DNA from: Stegostoma tigrinum
Lineage: Eukaryota
Reading direction: 5' to 3'
Length of the DNA: 64,000 bases
NCBI RefSeq assembly: GCF_030684315.1
Contig: NC_081360.1
Coordinates: forward strand, 27,635,818 to 27,699,817
The notes under the pieces were generated by a model. The model saw nothing but the letters and a program-made list of their open reading frames with translations. It was not told where the DNA came from and searched no databases. This document shows, in pieces, positions 26,901 to 39,349 of this stretch. Position 1 is the first letter of the stretch. Each line of letters starts with the position of its first letter. Both the position numbers and the translations under genes were made by a program.

Positions 26901-27629
26901 GCAGTCTCCATGGAATTATACAGCGTGTCGCGTAGTTACTTGTGGATTAAACCGAGGTGGAAGGAATAGCATTTTATACAAAAAATGATAAGATGCCTCA
27001 TCGTATGCCACATGCAGATTAGAATGTGGCTTTTGATAAAATGTGGGTGAATCATGAAGGCAAGAAAAAGGAACACAATCTGTCCACTATTTAAATCAAG
27101 AACTGTAATAACGTTGTTCACAGAACAATGGAGATGATACCTATACATAGATGATGTATAGCAAATATTATAAGACGTATCAACAAATAATTTCCGTTTA
27201 AGCCTGCTATCAGACATTCATTTGTAACTTACTGGTTGATAGGAGCGACATGACCGGACACAGTCATTGAATCCCATCCAGCGCTGATAGTCAGGATAGT
27301 CTCCCCTGGTCAGAACGTACTGGTGTCCCATGTAATTAGGTTTCTCGTACACAACCCACCAGTCACTCTCAACACGGATGGAGTTACAGCGGCTGAAGTA
27401 AGGGGTCAGGTCGGCACAGTCACTGCTGCACTCATAGTGCCGACCCTGGAAGTTCCTGTCCTCGTAAAAGATGATCTGTGGGAAGCAGGTAAGTTATAGA
27501 TCAATGCTGTAACAAGATGAGGTAATTATGCAGTTTTAAAAAAATATATGTACTATACCATGTGTAAATGATCTCTTTCAGTGCTGTACTGAGTCAACGA
27601 ATTGGAAGCATGAAGCTTACCTTTCCCAT
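23959..27629 (-). CDS. cryg: Gamma-crystallin (gene 3), 175 aa
   Basis: Exons 27629-27621, 27475-27233 (..[29 protein letters not shown]) and 24234-23959 (..MKIY..EFTDDC..WIFFEH..). GT-AG introns; AATAAA at 23891-23886. Confidence 0.95.
24503..26147 (+). mobile_element. Penelope-like retroelement in intron 2 of gene 3 (duplicate of 15908-17553)
   Basis: ORF translations identical to the unit B copy apart from a poly-C length difference. Confidence 0.88.
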
Positions 27630-27678
27630 TTTAAGTTCAGTTAGAAAGCTACTGACTGAATCTGCGTGTGTTTCCTGG

Positions 27679-27768
27679 TATTTATACTGTTGTCTGAAAG
27701 GTCAATGTAAAGAATATATCATTATTCTGATGATTGAAGGCCACGTATGTCAGCAAAAATGAAACAAT
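27679..27768 (-). promoter_or_regulatory. Gene 3 proximal promoter (TATA, Maf half-site, Sox-type site)
   Basis: TATAAATA 27686-27679; TGCTGA 27755-27750; ATTGTT 27768-27763. Confidence 0.7.
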
Positions 27769-29878
27769 ACTGTTCTCCCATAATATGCAAAAACCATTCC
27801 AGAATGCGTGCTTTTAAAATCATGTGAACGCCTCTTTTCATTTTGCTTTTACCTCATTTTAATTGCTCGGTTAACAAATTATTCCAGAAAAGAGGCATTG
27901 CCGACGCCTCTCGGAGCTGATGGTATCACACGCAATGAAAATGCAGTATGTTCTCTTCTGAATGTGACGAGAAGTCTGTGCTCTTAAAATTGCGTTTCAG
28001 TAATTTTTGTATAAGACTCCTTATTTTTTTTTGCCCCCAGTGTGATTTGCGTAAGCCTGACTGAATGAACATGGAAATTGTATCGTTTTGGTCTTATCGC
28101 AAGCATACCTACTTGTGTCAGTGTGCTGTATACAATGGGGGTTCAAAAACAGACAACTGGATCCAAAGTATACTTTAGAACTGTTGTTTCTGCCCCAGAC
28201 CCTTCATCATTCCTCACCACAGGCCTGAAACATGGACTTCCCTGCTCCTCTGGTGCTGCCTGACTTGAATGTCTCAATGCTTTCCCGCTGCTATATGCAG
28301 GTTTGTTTTTTTTTGTCCTTATCATTGTCAATCTCAACAATTTAGAGATGCGGAATAAGATTTATTTTGGTCTTGTTGACATCCAATATGATGAGCGTCA
28401 GAGGTTACATCCACACTGAGAATTGAAGGATGAACACAACTGCCTGACAGCACATTGGGAGCACCCACACCACATAGGTGGCAACGGATCAAGAATCTGA
28501 CCTATTACCTACTTGTCAAATGCATTAGGGATGGGCAACAGAATTGTTGTAGCCTACGTTGCCCACATCATGTGATTAAATAAATATGAAAGTGTAAAAA
28601 AGTTAAGAAAGGAGAAAATTAAAAAGAAGAAATAACTTGCTACCAGACGCAGAAACCAAGGCTTACCAAAAGCACTCACATGCTTCCAGCAGTGAGGTCA
28701 GCAAAAGAGGTAGCGTTTTCCAAGAACTGAATGGCAATATTCAAATTACATTCATCTTCCAAAACTGCGCGGGGCAGAGGTGAGCTCTTGAGCAGACTCT
28801 GTTCACACCACCAATATAGTTGTGAATTGTTCAAAACCATATGATTGCATCCAAATTATATTGTAGTGATGTTTTTGCTTCCCTAGACCCTTCATCATTC
28901 CTCACCATGACCAGGCCTGAAACATGGGCTTCCCTGCTCCTCTGATGCTGCCTGACCTGTTGTGTTCCTCCAGCCCCACACTGACTCCAGCATCTGCAGT
29001 TCTTGCCATCTCCTAAAAATGAAGTAGAATACCTTGACACAGTTAAGGTATGAATCAAAACCCATGGACTACATGTGGCAAGAAAGGGAGAGCAGTGTTA
29101 TGCAGATATTGAAAGGCTATACCAACATGAATGGTAGTTCAGTCAGATGTACTGGGAACACAGATTAGTATCAGGCTTCACATCAGCAAACAGTTAGATG
29201 GAGAGGTGACTCTGCTATTCACCTACCTATTATTAACTCAAGGTGACTTTCATTGGGACTGGTCCCTTGGGGCACGAAAGAGATTTAGCACACTGTTGTC
29301 TAAAAATCACTTCTCTACCTCTGTATCTCTCCTCGAAGGTTCCACACTCGTCCTAACCTCTGTCTTGCCAGAGGTAGAGATTTTTGGAACTCTGACGTTC
29401 TTCTGGGGTTCTTGGTGTCAAATGTAAACCCAATTATGCTCTCGGCCAAATGTGGAATGTCCAGAGTTGGCCTGAACAGTTCCTGTTCTTCAAGAATTTC
29501 CCTGAGGAGGGCAGACAGAAGCAGGTTACATTCACCTTTCACTGAAAGGATAGGAGCCTGAAAGTCCTGGTAAATCATATAGAGAAGCAGCCATATCCCA
29601 CACGACTAGCAGAGCAGACAATGCCAACAGACCAAGCCAGTCTGGTCCAAAGTTCCCATCAGTTTTATTCAGATATCGATAGTTCAGAGGAATGTCCGAC
29701 ATTGCAGCAAGAAGGTCAATTACCTACTCCACTTTGCAAGGACATGTGCTGATACATCACACTCACTCTAACTCTGGTACTGTGCACACCTCCCACCAAC
29801 ACTCGTGGTCTATCCATCAAAACATATCTTTCCTCACTTACTGTCACCCACACAAAACCTGACAACATGAACTCTGCA

Positions 29879-29980
29879 AGATAACAAAGTGTGGAGCTGG
29901 ATGAACACAGCAGGCCAAGCAGCATCTCAGGAGCACAAAAGTTGACGTTTCGGGCCTAGACCCTTCATCAGAGAGCTCTG
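29879..29980 (-). mobile_element. 102-bp Penelope-terminus mini-insert with hammerhead-like core and 13-bp target duplication
   Basis: catgaactctgca at 29866-29878 and 29981-29993. Single-copy empty site in the paralog at 47711-47723. Confidence 0.85.
29944..29971 (-). ncRNA. Candidate minimal hammerhead ribozyme core (Penelope-associated)
   Basis: Minus strand CUGAUGA-A-GGGU-CUAG-GCCC-GAAA-C-GUC: both conserved boxes, 4-bp helix II, palindromic ACGU helix III and a GUC triplet. Helix I is not obvious and activity is untested. Confidence 0.55.
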
Positions 29981-30904
29981 CATGAACTCTGCATGCATGT
30001 TTTGCCAGCAGAACATTCTCATCATTGCAATACATTATTTCTCATGGATCCCCATGATCCAGCCCAAAGTGATGGTGGAGACACCAGCTCATCGGAGGAG
30101 TGAGTCTGAGGAGTAAATGACTTTGTCTGGACAGGACCAGTGTGCAGCCCAGACATGACGCACATGGAAAGCTGATGTGGTTGGGATCTTATGGCCTTGG
30201 CTGGCCCAGTAGAAGATGGTGTTGCATTGCAGAAACACAGGACAGTACAATATGGTGTTCTGGCAGCCAAGTCCAGACAGAGAGTTGCAGCAGTGTCCCT
30301 CTCTCATCTGCTTGGCATTCCGTGGAGGATATGTGACTGTGACCATGCTGTATCTTCACTGAAGCATGACAGCACCTACTGTGATGGGATACCACCATAT
30401 CCACTGCAGGCTGATGCTACTCATGCCCTTGTGGTCACTTGTCTTCCTCATTCATTTGTTCAACAGCTCTTGTTGCAGCAGACACAAGGATGACCACAGC
30501 TTCAGTGTTGTGCCCAAGGAGATGGTTCCCATGAGCCAATGTGGGCTATATCGTAAAGAATTAAGCTCCTTATACATATGACCATTTGGCAGTGGCAGTG
30601 ACATCAAATATTATTTGAACAGAATTGACCTAAGATTGGGACATGGAGTCCCCCAGCAAGCATACAAGCCGGCTGCCTCGACATGGACCTTTTGTTGCTC
30701 TGATCTAGCTGTCTGTTCCTAAATTCCTTCCAGATATCACAGGGAACATTTATCGTCTAGACTGAGAGGCTGAGTTGATGACTCTCTTTATGAAGGACAA
30801 CTGCATTTTTCCTTCTATTCCCAACCAGAAGAAGCTTTCTTCCTTTGTGTCAGTGCTAAATGGCAAGACAATGTAGAGGGCATAAATTTTGCATAAAGGT
30901 GGGC

Positions 30905-32135
30905 GTAGAACTGTACAGCACATGAATGGGCCTTTCAGCCCACAATATTATGTTGAATGTAACACCAAATTCAACAAAACCTTTCTGCCTGCCCTTAGTC
31001 CATATCCCCGCATTCCTTGCATATTCATGTATTCATCTAAAGCTCTCCCAAACAGCTCTATTTTGTCTGACTCCACCAGCTGCAGAGCATCCCAGAGTCC
31101 TACCATTCCATGGTCTAAAAAACACATCCCTCTTATCTCCTTTGAACATTTCCCCTGTAACCTGAAAGGCATCCCCCCTAATTTTAGACATTTCAGCTCT
31201 AGGATAGATATTCTGTGCATCTCATAAATTTATAGACATCTTCAAGTCTCCCTTCAGCCTTTGCCTCTCCGGAGCAAACAACCTGAGTTTTTGTGATGAA
31301 GGTTCACTGGACCCGAAAAATTAACTCTGATGTTCTTTTCACGGATGCTGCCAGACCTGCCAGGTCTGTCCAGCAACATCTTCTTTAGTTCCAAGTTTTT
31401 CTTGCTTCTCCTTACGGCTCATTTCATCTCATTTAGGCAGCATCCTGGTAAACCTTTTCTTCAGCATCTCCAAAACCTCGACATCCTTCCAGTCATGTAA
31501 CAGCCAGAACTGAACACAATTCTCTAAGTGTGGCCTAACCAAACTCTTATAAAATATGAGATCCTGACTGTTGTATTCAATTCACCAACCAATACAGGGA
31601 AGCATTCCATACACATTCTTTACTATGATATATACTTGCATGTCCAGTTTTAGGAAGCTATGGACTTGATCCCCAAGATCCCTCTGTAGTTCAATGCTAT
31701 GAGGCTCCTGTACTTTTCCTTAACATTTGATTTCCCAAAGTACAGCACGTCACACTTCTGGGATTAAACTTGATCTGCCCTTTGTCTGCCCATATCTGCT
31801 GCTCATATATATTCCGCTGTACTCTTTGATAACCTTCTACACTATGCACAACTTTAACAATCTTTGTTTCATCTGTAAGCTTATTAACCACCCTTCTATA
31901 TTTTCATCCAAGTCATTTACACAAATAATAAACAAAAGAGATCCCAATACTGATGCCTGTGGAACATGACTTGTCATGGACCTGCAGCCAGAAAACCACC
32001 CCTCCACAACTGCCCTCTGCCTTTCATGGCCAATCCAATTCTGAAATTATGTGGCCAAGTCAATGTGGATCCCATGCATCTTAATCTTCTGGATGAGCCT
32101 ACCATGAGGAATCTTGTCAAAAGCCTTGCTAAAAT
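30905..32135 (-). mobile_element. CR1-type LINE fragment
   Basis: Homologous to 13093-14205 but extends further toward the element's 5' end (..DFSKAFDKIPHGRL..KIKMHGI on the minus strand). Confidence 0.85.
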
Positions 32136-32149
32136 CACTGCACAAGTTC

Positions 32150-33275
32150 ATAGTATACTATGAAATTCTGCCTTTTGTATTTGCCTTCAGAGAAGAGGAT
32201 GCAACAATTCTCCCTGAGATTAAATCCGAGGGTATAGTTTAGAGTGTGGAATGGAAAAAAAATTAATGTTAGTAAAAAAAAGGAGTGTTGGAGAAATTAA
32301 TGGGACTGAAAGTTGACAAAACCCCAGGACTCCATGACCTTTATCCTGAAATGCTAAAAGAGATGGCAACATAGGTAGTGCATGGTGATCATAAATCGTC
32401 AATACTGCCTGCAGAACAGATCATTGAAACTGTAATAATCCCATTGTTACAGAACAGAAGGAGAGAGATACAGGGAGCTACAGGTCTATTCACCTAATAT
32501 TACTAGCAGGGATACTACTAGGATGCTGCAAAAAGGATGTGATCGCTAGATATTTTGAAAAAAAAATCTCCGATTGGACAGGGAAGATGGATTCATGAGT
32601 GGGAAATAATAATATTAATATACCTGAATGAGGATTTTGCAAAATGTTGCTATAAAATCAATTGGGAACAACTGGAACTGGTGTATTTGCATTTTCACAA
32701 GGTTTTTGATAAGATTCCATTCAGGACAATAACAAATAACATGGTAGGGCATAGTATTGGAGGTAACTGACCTACATAGTTTAAAGAATGGTTAACAGAC
32801 ACAAAGGAAAGTGTAGAGATACATCATTTATTCTGAATTTGGCAGGCTGTGACAAATGGGATATCGCAAGGACCAGTGTTTAGGACCAGAGATAGCAGAA
32901 AAGCTCTCCTGCACCTCTGATGCTGCCTGGCCTGCTGTGTTCGTCCAGCTCTACACTTTGTTATGTAGTGCTTAGGACCCAGTGTTCAAAATCTACGTCA
33001 ATGCTTTGCTTGCTGCCATCAACTATGATGTTTCCATTTTTGGAGATGGTGCACAATTTGGTGGGACTGTGAGCCATGAGGACGTTGCAAAGAGGCTTCA
33101 GAGTAAAATAAACTCGGTGACTGGACGTGACTTCACATATGGATGATAACATGGCTAAGTGTGAGATTATCCACTTTGCTAGGAGGAACAAAAGTACAGA
33201 GTATTTCTTAAAAAGTAAGACAGATTGGAAACTGTTGAAGTACATAGGAACTTTGGTGTCCTTGTTCATTAGTAT
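32150..33275 (+). mobile_element. CR1-type LINE remnant, opposite orientation
   Basis: ORF 32555..32770 LELVYLHFHKVFDKIPF (consensus VYLDFQKAFDKVP) and KCEIIHFARRN. Contains a short insert at 32888-32966 with a 13-bp target duplication. Confidence 0.75.
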
Positions 33276-33379
33276 GTCTGTGCTTAGGCCATTTGAACAG
33301 TTTATGCATTAAAAACAATTTACCGAAGCTCTCTTATTAGTGAGGGAGGCAGAATTCGGTTTGTGTTTCAACTCCATTG

Positions 33380-34100
33380 TATTAAAAAGATTCCTTATTA
33401 AAGTATTTATGCATGTATTTACGCGTAAAACTCCAACTATCTCTGCTTAGTTCTATCTGTCGGCGAAAGAATATTACTCGCAACGATTCATACATTTGAG
33501 CTGGGTCATCAGGATCTTGTTCCTCTCTGGCATAGGGCTGCCTGTCTTTCATACGGTTAACTGTCGAGCCAAGGGGGATCTTTTCCTGAGTTTTCTTGGG
33601 TTGCCACACAGTCTTCTAACACAAGTCTTGCTGTGGGTCTTTGGTGAGACAATGGCTTTCAAGAGTGAGTTTTTATTCCCAGCACCCTGGACATTCCAGA
33701 ATGTCCCATCACTTTTGGCAAATGGTGTCATGAACAGGGTTCAAAGCATCCAATGTAGTCATGTTTTTGCCATGCCAGCGATGTATCAATATCCTACAGG
33801 CACTAGTTGGAAGTCTACGTGTCCAAAATTTGGCTCGACACGTCTCCGATACGCACCCTTTGGGCTGGTTTTAACTAGGTACCTCTGAAAGTTAATAACT
33901 ACTTTGATCTTGGTTTCTACCGTTCTGGGTAGCTGACAGCTGCTGGCTGCTGTTTAACTTAGTCTGGCCAAATTTCTGCCAGGTGTGACTTCTCTGACTG
34001 TGGGTCAATTTTGAATCTCCAGTTCTGGACCCGTGGTTCCCTGAACACATACGCCACCCCAGCAAGCTGATCAGACCACATGCAGCATTGTAGTATTTAG
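33380..34100. repeat. Unclassified repeated segment shared by three intergenic blocks
   Basis: Clear homologs at ~41830-42560 and ~51320-52020. Minus-strand peptide DGTFWNV..MWQPKKTQE.I suggests decayed TE coding sequence; family not recognised. Confidence 0.6.
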
Positions 34101-34109
34101 AACAAGGAC

Positions 34110-34405
34110 AAAGAAAGAACAAAGAAATTTACAGCACAGGAACAGTCCCTTCGGCCCTCCAAGCCTGCGCCGATCAAGATCCTCTGTCTAAACCTGTCAT
34201 GTATTTTCTAAGGGTCTGTATCCCGTTGCTCCCTGTCCATCCATGTACCTGTTCAGATGTATCTTAAAAGAAAAAATCGTGTCTGTGTCTACCACCTCCG
34301 CTGGCAACGCGTTCCACATCCCACCACCCTCTGCATAAAGAACTTTCCACACATATCTCCCATAAACTTTCCTCCTCTCACTTTGAACTCATGACCCCTA
34401 ATATT
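34110..34405 (-). mobile_element. CR1/HER1-type LINE 3' end
   Basis: Minus ORF RGHEFKVRGGKFMGDMCGKFFMQRVVG plus the tail (gaacaaagaaa..acagcacaggaacag.cccttcggccc on plus). Absent from the paralogous blocks at ~42560 and ~52020. Confidence 0.8.
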
Positions 34406-35192
34406 TGAGCCTTTTTGAGTGCATGAACAAAGAAAGGTGTTTGCATATAAATTCATAAAATTCTTAAAGGGATAGTCAGTGGAGTTGAAGAAATGATGTT
34501 TCCTGTGGCTGTACCTGTCGAGAACCAATAGACTGAGCCTTGGCAGAAATTACAACAATTTAGGTTGTGATGAGGCAGCATTTTCATTGCAAGGGTCGTG
34601 AATTTTTTTAATTCTCCACCACAGAGGGGTGTGGTGGCTTAGTCTTAATGGAAATTCAATACAGAAACTGATAGATTTCTAGTTGGTAAAAACATTAAAG
34701 GGTACGGAGATGATAATGGGAGAATATAGCGTCCAGATTAATGAAAATCCATGATCTCGTTTGTTAGACCAGTCTCAAGGGTTTGATTATCCTATTGATT
34801 TCGTTATGTTCCATTGTCCTCTAAAAGGACGATTGCCAAAGTAAAGATTGTGGCATATTTATTGGATTAATGAGAGCAACGATTCAAACAAATGTCCTTT
34901 AAGCTAAATTCGAGCATAAAACATTGCCTTGTAATTATATAATTATATTGTTATATATTGCCAAGTATAATTATTGTTCTATGTGATTTTATGAGAATAA
35001 ATAAACAAACAGGTGAAATTGCAATCAAAGGTTTTCATTCTGCTCAATAATATGTCAGTACAGCAACATTATTTTCAACTGTAACTAAGAAATCTCTCAT
35101 TCGCCTGAATGATTGGCGATTTATTTATACTTCAAAATATTTCAGTTACACTTAGAAGTATTCCAGCAAGATAGCCAGATTTTGAATGCCAT

Positions 35193-36270
35193 TTAGAAGT
35201 CCCTCATGCGCCTGAAAGATCCGACAGCTGAGCTGTAGCCTCCCCAGTCAGTGTATCTCCTGTATTCACCGGGTCTCATGAAGTACTGCCGCCCTCTGTA
35301 GCTGGGATGTTCGTAGAAGACCCAGTAACCGTCCATCACGTGGCAGGAGTGGATGTCACGGTAACGGAAACGATCGTAGACAGATGGACAGTCATCCGTG
35401 AATTCCATCATCTGTCCTCCAAAGTCAGGCCTCTCGTAAATCCTCATTCTGTAGGCGCCTCCTCGGTACTGCAATACAGCGGGGGGGAATAACACAGCAG
35501 GTCAAGAAGCTCTTTGGAAGCGCGATGCAGTAAGACCCACTCCTCCAATCTACCTCTACACTCCGCACTTCCAACGCTGAAACAATTTCTGCATGAAGTC
35601 GACAATTAAATCTGTATCGATCAGGCTTTTCCAGTTTACCTTTGGAATCGTAATCCGTCAACCCTGGATCCACCCGAATGGATCTCTCCCCTGCCTTTCA
35701 AAGCCTTTACATATTCCTTTCTGTGTTGTCCAGAGCTGCAAAACTTCAGATGGGATTGAATTCATGTTTGCAAAAATTAGCATAAATTTTGCATCCAAAC
35801 ATTATTAAAAGAATGGAGACGATATTGCAAAGAAAAATAAAATTTCCATATCAGAAATACACAATTAGATCAACTTACATGAGGGTACGAGCGACATGAC
35901 CGGACGCAGTCATTGAATCCCATCCAGCGCTGGTAGTCAGGATAGTCTCCCCTGGTTAGAACATACTGGTGTCCCATGTAATTGGGATTCTCATACAGCA
36001 CCCACCAGTCACTCTCAACACGGATGGAGTTACAGCGGCTGATGTAAGGGGTCAGGTCGGCACAGTCACTGCTGCACTCATAGTGCCGACCCTGGAAGTC
36101 CCTGTCCTCGTAAAAGATAATCTGTGGGAAGCATTAAGTTATAGATCGATACTGTAACAAGATTAGCTACTTCTGCATTGTATATAAAACAGTGCAATAC
36201 CATGTCTAAATGATCTCTTCAGTGTTGTACTAATTCTGTGAACTGAAAGCATGAAGCTTACCTTTCCCAT
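35193..36270 (-). CDS. cryg: Gamma-crystallin (gene 4), 175 aa, compact (intron 2 only 410 bp)
   Basis: Exons 36270-36262, 36121-35879 ([35 protein letters not shown]) and 35468-35193. GT-AG introns; AATAAA at 35125-35120. Confidence 0.95.
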
Positions 36271-36321
36271 TTTAAATTCGCAGTCGGAAAGCTGCTCACT
36301 GAATGTGCCTCTGTGTCCCGG

Positions 36322-36411
36322 TATTTATACACTGGTCTAAAAGTTCAATGTAAAGAATACATCATTATTCTGATGATTCACGACCACATATATCAGCAGA
36401 AAAAAAACAAT
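36322..36411 (-). promoter_or_regulatory. Gene 4 proximal promoter (TATA, Maf half-site, Sox-type site)
   Basis: TATAAATA 36329-36322; TGCTGA 36398-36393; ATTGTT 36411-36406. Confidence 0.7.
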
Positions 36412-37435
36412 GCTATTCTCCCATAATGTGCAAAAACCAATCCATTATTCGCGCTTTAAAATCATGTGATCTCAACTTTTCATTTTGCTTTTACCTCATT
36501 TTAATTGTTCGGTTAACGAATTACTCGAGAAAGTAGGCATTGCTGATGCTTCTCAGAGCTAATGGCAACACAAGCAATAAAAATGCAGAATATTCTCTTC
36601 TGAATGTGACGAGAAGACTGTACTCTTAAAATTGCGTTTCAGATTTTTTTTGTATAAAACGTCTTGTTTTTCCCCTGTGTGATTTGCATAAACATCACTG
36701 AATGAAAATGGAAATTGTATCAGTCTGATCTTATCACAAGCATATTTCCATGTATCAGTTTGCTGTCTATAATGGTTTATTCTTCTGCTAAGCTTCTCAA
36801 TGCTTTCCTGCTGCTGTGTGCAGGTTTGTTTTATTCTGATCCTCATCATTCTCAATCTGAAACATTTTAGAGAGGTGGAACAAGATTTATTTTGGTGTTG
36901 TTGACATCCAATATGATGAGAGTCAGAGGTTACATCCACACCTTGAAGGATGATCACAACTTCCTAACGAACATTGGGATTACCGACACCACATGGGTGG
37001 CAATGGTTCAAAAATCTGGCTCGCCACTACCTTCTCAAATGCAGTGGGCATGGGCAACAAATGTTGTAGTCTGTGATGCCTACATCACATGAAAAAGTCA
37101 ATATAAAGTGAAAGCAAGTGAAAAAAGGGAAAGTTAAAACAAAAATAATTCTTGCTACCAGACCCAGAAGCCAAAGCTTGCCAAAAGCATTTACATTCTT
37201 CCGTGAGTGAGTTCAGCGAAAGAAGTAATTATTCCAAGCACCCAGTGGCAATATTGAAATGATATTCAGCTTCAAAAACTGTACATTGGCAGAGGTGAGT
37301 TATTGAGCAGACTAAGTGCCCACCCCCCATATAGTTGTGGAATTGTTCAAAAGCAGACAATTGCATCCATTGTATACTTTAGAATAACAAAATGTGCAGA
37401 GAAAAAGAGTATCAGCCATTAGTTTGAACAAAGAG

Positions 37436-38364
37436 CAATTGCAAAACTCACAAATTTTGAGGAAGTTTAAAGATAAAATAGGGTCATATCTTGGAGCTGG
37501 AGGAGGACAGCAGATCATGCAGCATTAGAAGGGCAGGAGAGTCAATGTTCCTGTACTTGACTCTTCATCCTGATGAAGGGACCAGGCCTGAAACGTCAAC
37601 TCTCCTGCTCCTCTGATGCTGTCTGACCTGCTGTGTTCCTCCATCTCTACACTTTATTGACTCTGACTCCAGCATTTGCAGTTCTTGCTCTCTCCTAAAG
37701 ATGAAGTAGAATACTTTCCCCACAAATAAGTATCAATCAATACCCATAGAATATATACAATTGGCAAGAAAGGAAGAGGTATGTTATGCAGATACTGAAA
37801 GGTCATACCAACATGAATGGTCGTCACATCGCATGTACTTGGAACCACAGATTAGTATTTGGCTTCACACCAGCAAACAATTAAATAGAAGGTAGACTGT
37901 GTATCCACCTACCTGTTATTCATGCAGGTGACTGAATTTTACCGAAAAATTGGCAATGTGCCAACATGCGATGTGACAACCATTCATGTTGGTATGACCT
38001 TTCAGTATCTGCATAACATACCTCTTCCTTTCTTGCCAATTGTATATATTCTATGGGTATTGATTGATACTTATTTGTGGGGAAAGTATTCTACTTCATC
38101 TTTAGGAGAGAGCAAGAACTGCAGATGCTGGAGTCAGAGTCAATAAAGTGTAGAGATGGAGGAACACAGCAGGTCAGACAGCATCAGAGGAGCAGGAGAG
38201 TTGATGTTTCAGGCCTGGTCCCTTCATCAGGATGAAGGGTCAAGTACAGGAACATTGACTCTCCTGCCCTTCTAATGCTGCATGATCTGCTGTCCTCCTC
38301 CAGCTCCAAGATATGATCCTATTTTATCTTTAAACTTCCTCAAAATTTGTGAGTTTTGCAATTG
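37436..38364. repeat. Long inverted repeat: 401-bp arms, 127-bp spacer
   Basis: 37436-37836 is the reverse complement of 37964-38364 (about 5 mismatches by eye). ORFs 37654..37848(-) and 37922..38146(+) give nearly the same peptide. Confidence 0.95.
37570..37597 (+). ncRNA. Candidate hammerhead-like core
   Basis: CTGATGAAGGGACCAGGCCTGAAACGTC. Mirrored at 38230-38203, with a related copy at 47205-47232. Confidence 0.4.
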
Positions 38365-39349
38365 GGAATGTGCCAATTTTCAAGACATTCATGGAGGATT
38401 GCTCTCTCTCGGCCCCAAAGAGATTTCTCACACTATCCTTCAAAGGTGAACTTATCACAAGGAACATCTATCATCTAGACCGAGAGGCTGAGTTGATGAC
38501 TGTCTCTCTACAAGCACGACTGCATTTTTCTTTCACTCCCCAACCCAAACAAGCTTCCTTCCTTTGTGTCTTTGCTAAATGGCAAGTCAAAACAGAGGTA
38601 ATATGAACCCCACTTTCTGGCTGAGGGGTGAAAGTGCAAAATTGCAATGCAATGCAATGCAAGGTAGGGCGACTGTAAGCATCCTGATAGGCTCAGAGTG
38701 TGCGCAGACCAAGACAGCAAGTGAGCAAGCCAGAGAGGCAGTCTGGTCCAATCATGAGCTGGGTTTGTGTCCCTGAGCACCAAGTGTCCATGCAGTAACA
38801 GTATACATGGAGATGTTGGTGCAGCCTGAGGTATAACTTTGAAACACAAAAGCATCAGGTTAATGGGAACTGGAGCGAAGATGTGTCATGAGGGATCATA
38901 GCAGCTGGCACATTTCTGACACCAATTTCTGTTGTCTGGAGGTTGTGTGCGGCTGGTGCCCATGGAGTGTGGCCTGGAAAGTTGGTGCCCAGAGTCCAAC
39001 ATAGTGGTCATTTGGAGCAAGTGATGAGTTGGTTCCCACCAAGTGCTCAACCTGGTTCCCATGTCAAGTTTTCTCAATGTCTGGTACTTTCGGCAAGTTT
39101 GTTGAGATATAAAGCTGAATACTAATGAGGCAAATTCAGCCGTTGACGAGATGTTTAGTTATCAAAAACAACAGTCAACCTGCAACTTGTCACTGCCTAG
39201 TGGGAAGCTGCCACACCCACTTGTGAAAAGCATAAACGATGAAACAGGATGCTCCCAATGTTGAGGTGGGCCTTACTGGTCTTCCCACTTAGATTCTGCC
39301 ACAAATATTGCCATAGCCCTTGTCACTCAGTTCGACATAGACATATACA

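Larger units (their letters stand above)
29510..30710 (+). mobile_element. PIF/Harbinger-like remnant with decayed Myb/SANT-like ORF
   Basis: Reads ..VWSKVPISF..RNVRHCSKKVNYLLHFAR, matching the W..VA..R...CRKK.NDL...AR pattern of Harbinger Myb/SANT proteins. Paralogous to 47360-48450. Confidence 0.6.
22797..32005. repeat. Tandem segmental duplication unit C (contains gene 3)
   Basis: Starts with the same junction sequence. The right end runs on into the uninterrupted CR1 (gaaaaccacccctccacaactgccctctgcc at ~31991-32021). Confidence 0.88.

Noticed and set aside
5182-32005. Triplication as a pure assembly artefact
   Set aside because: Copies carry distinct substitutions, indels and a novel junction. 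Not fully excluded for unit B without reads.
37654-38146. Two nearly identical small hydrophobic ORFs on opposite strands (toxin-like pair)
   Set aside because: A by-product of the inverted duplication of non-coding and repeat DNA.
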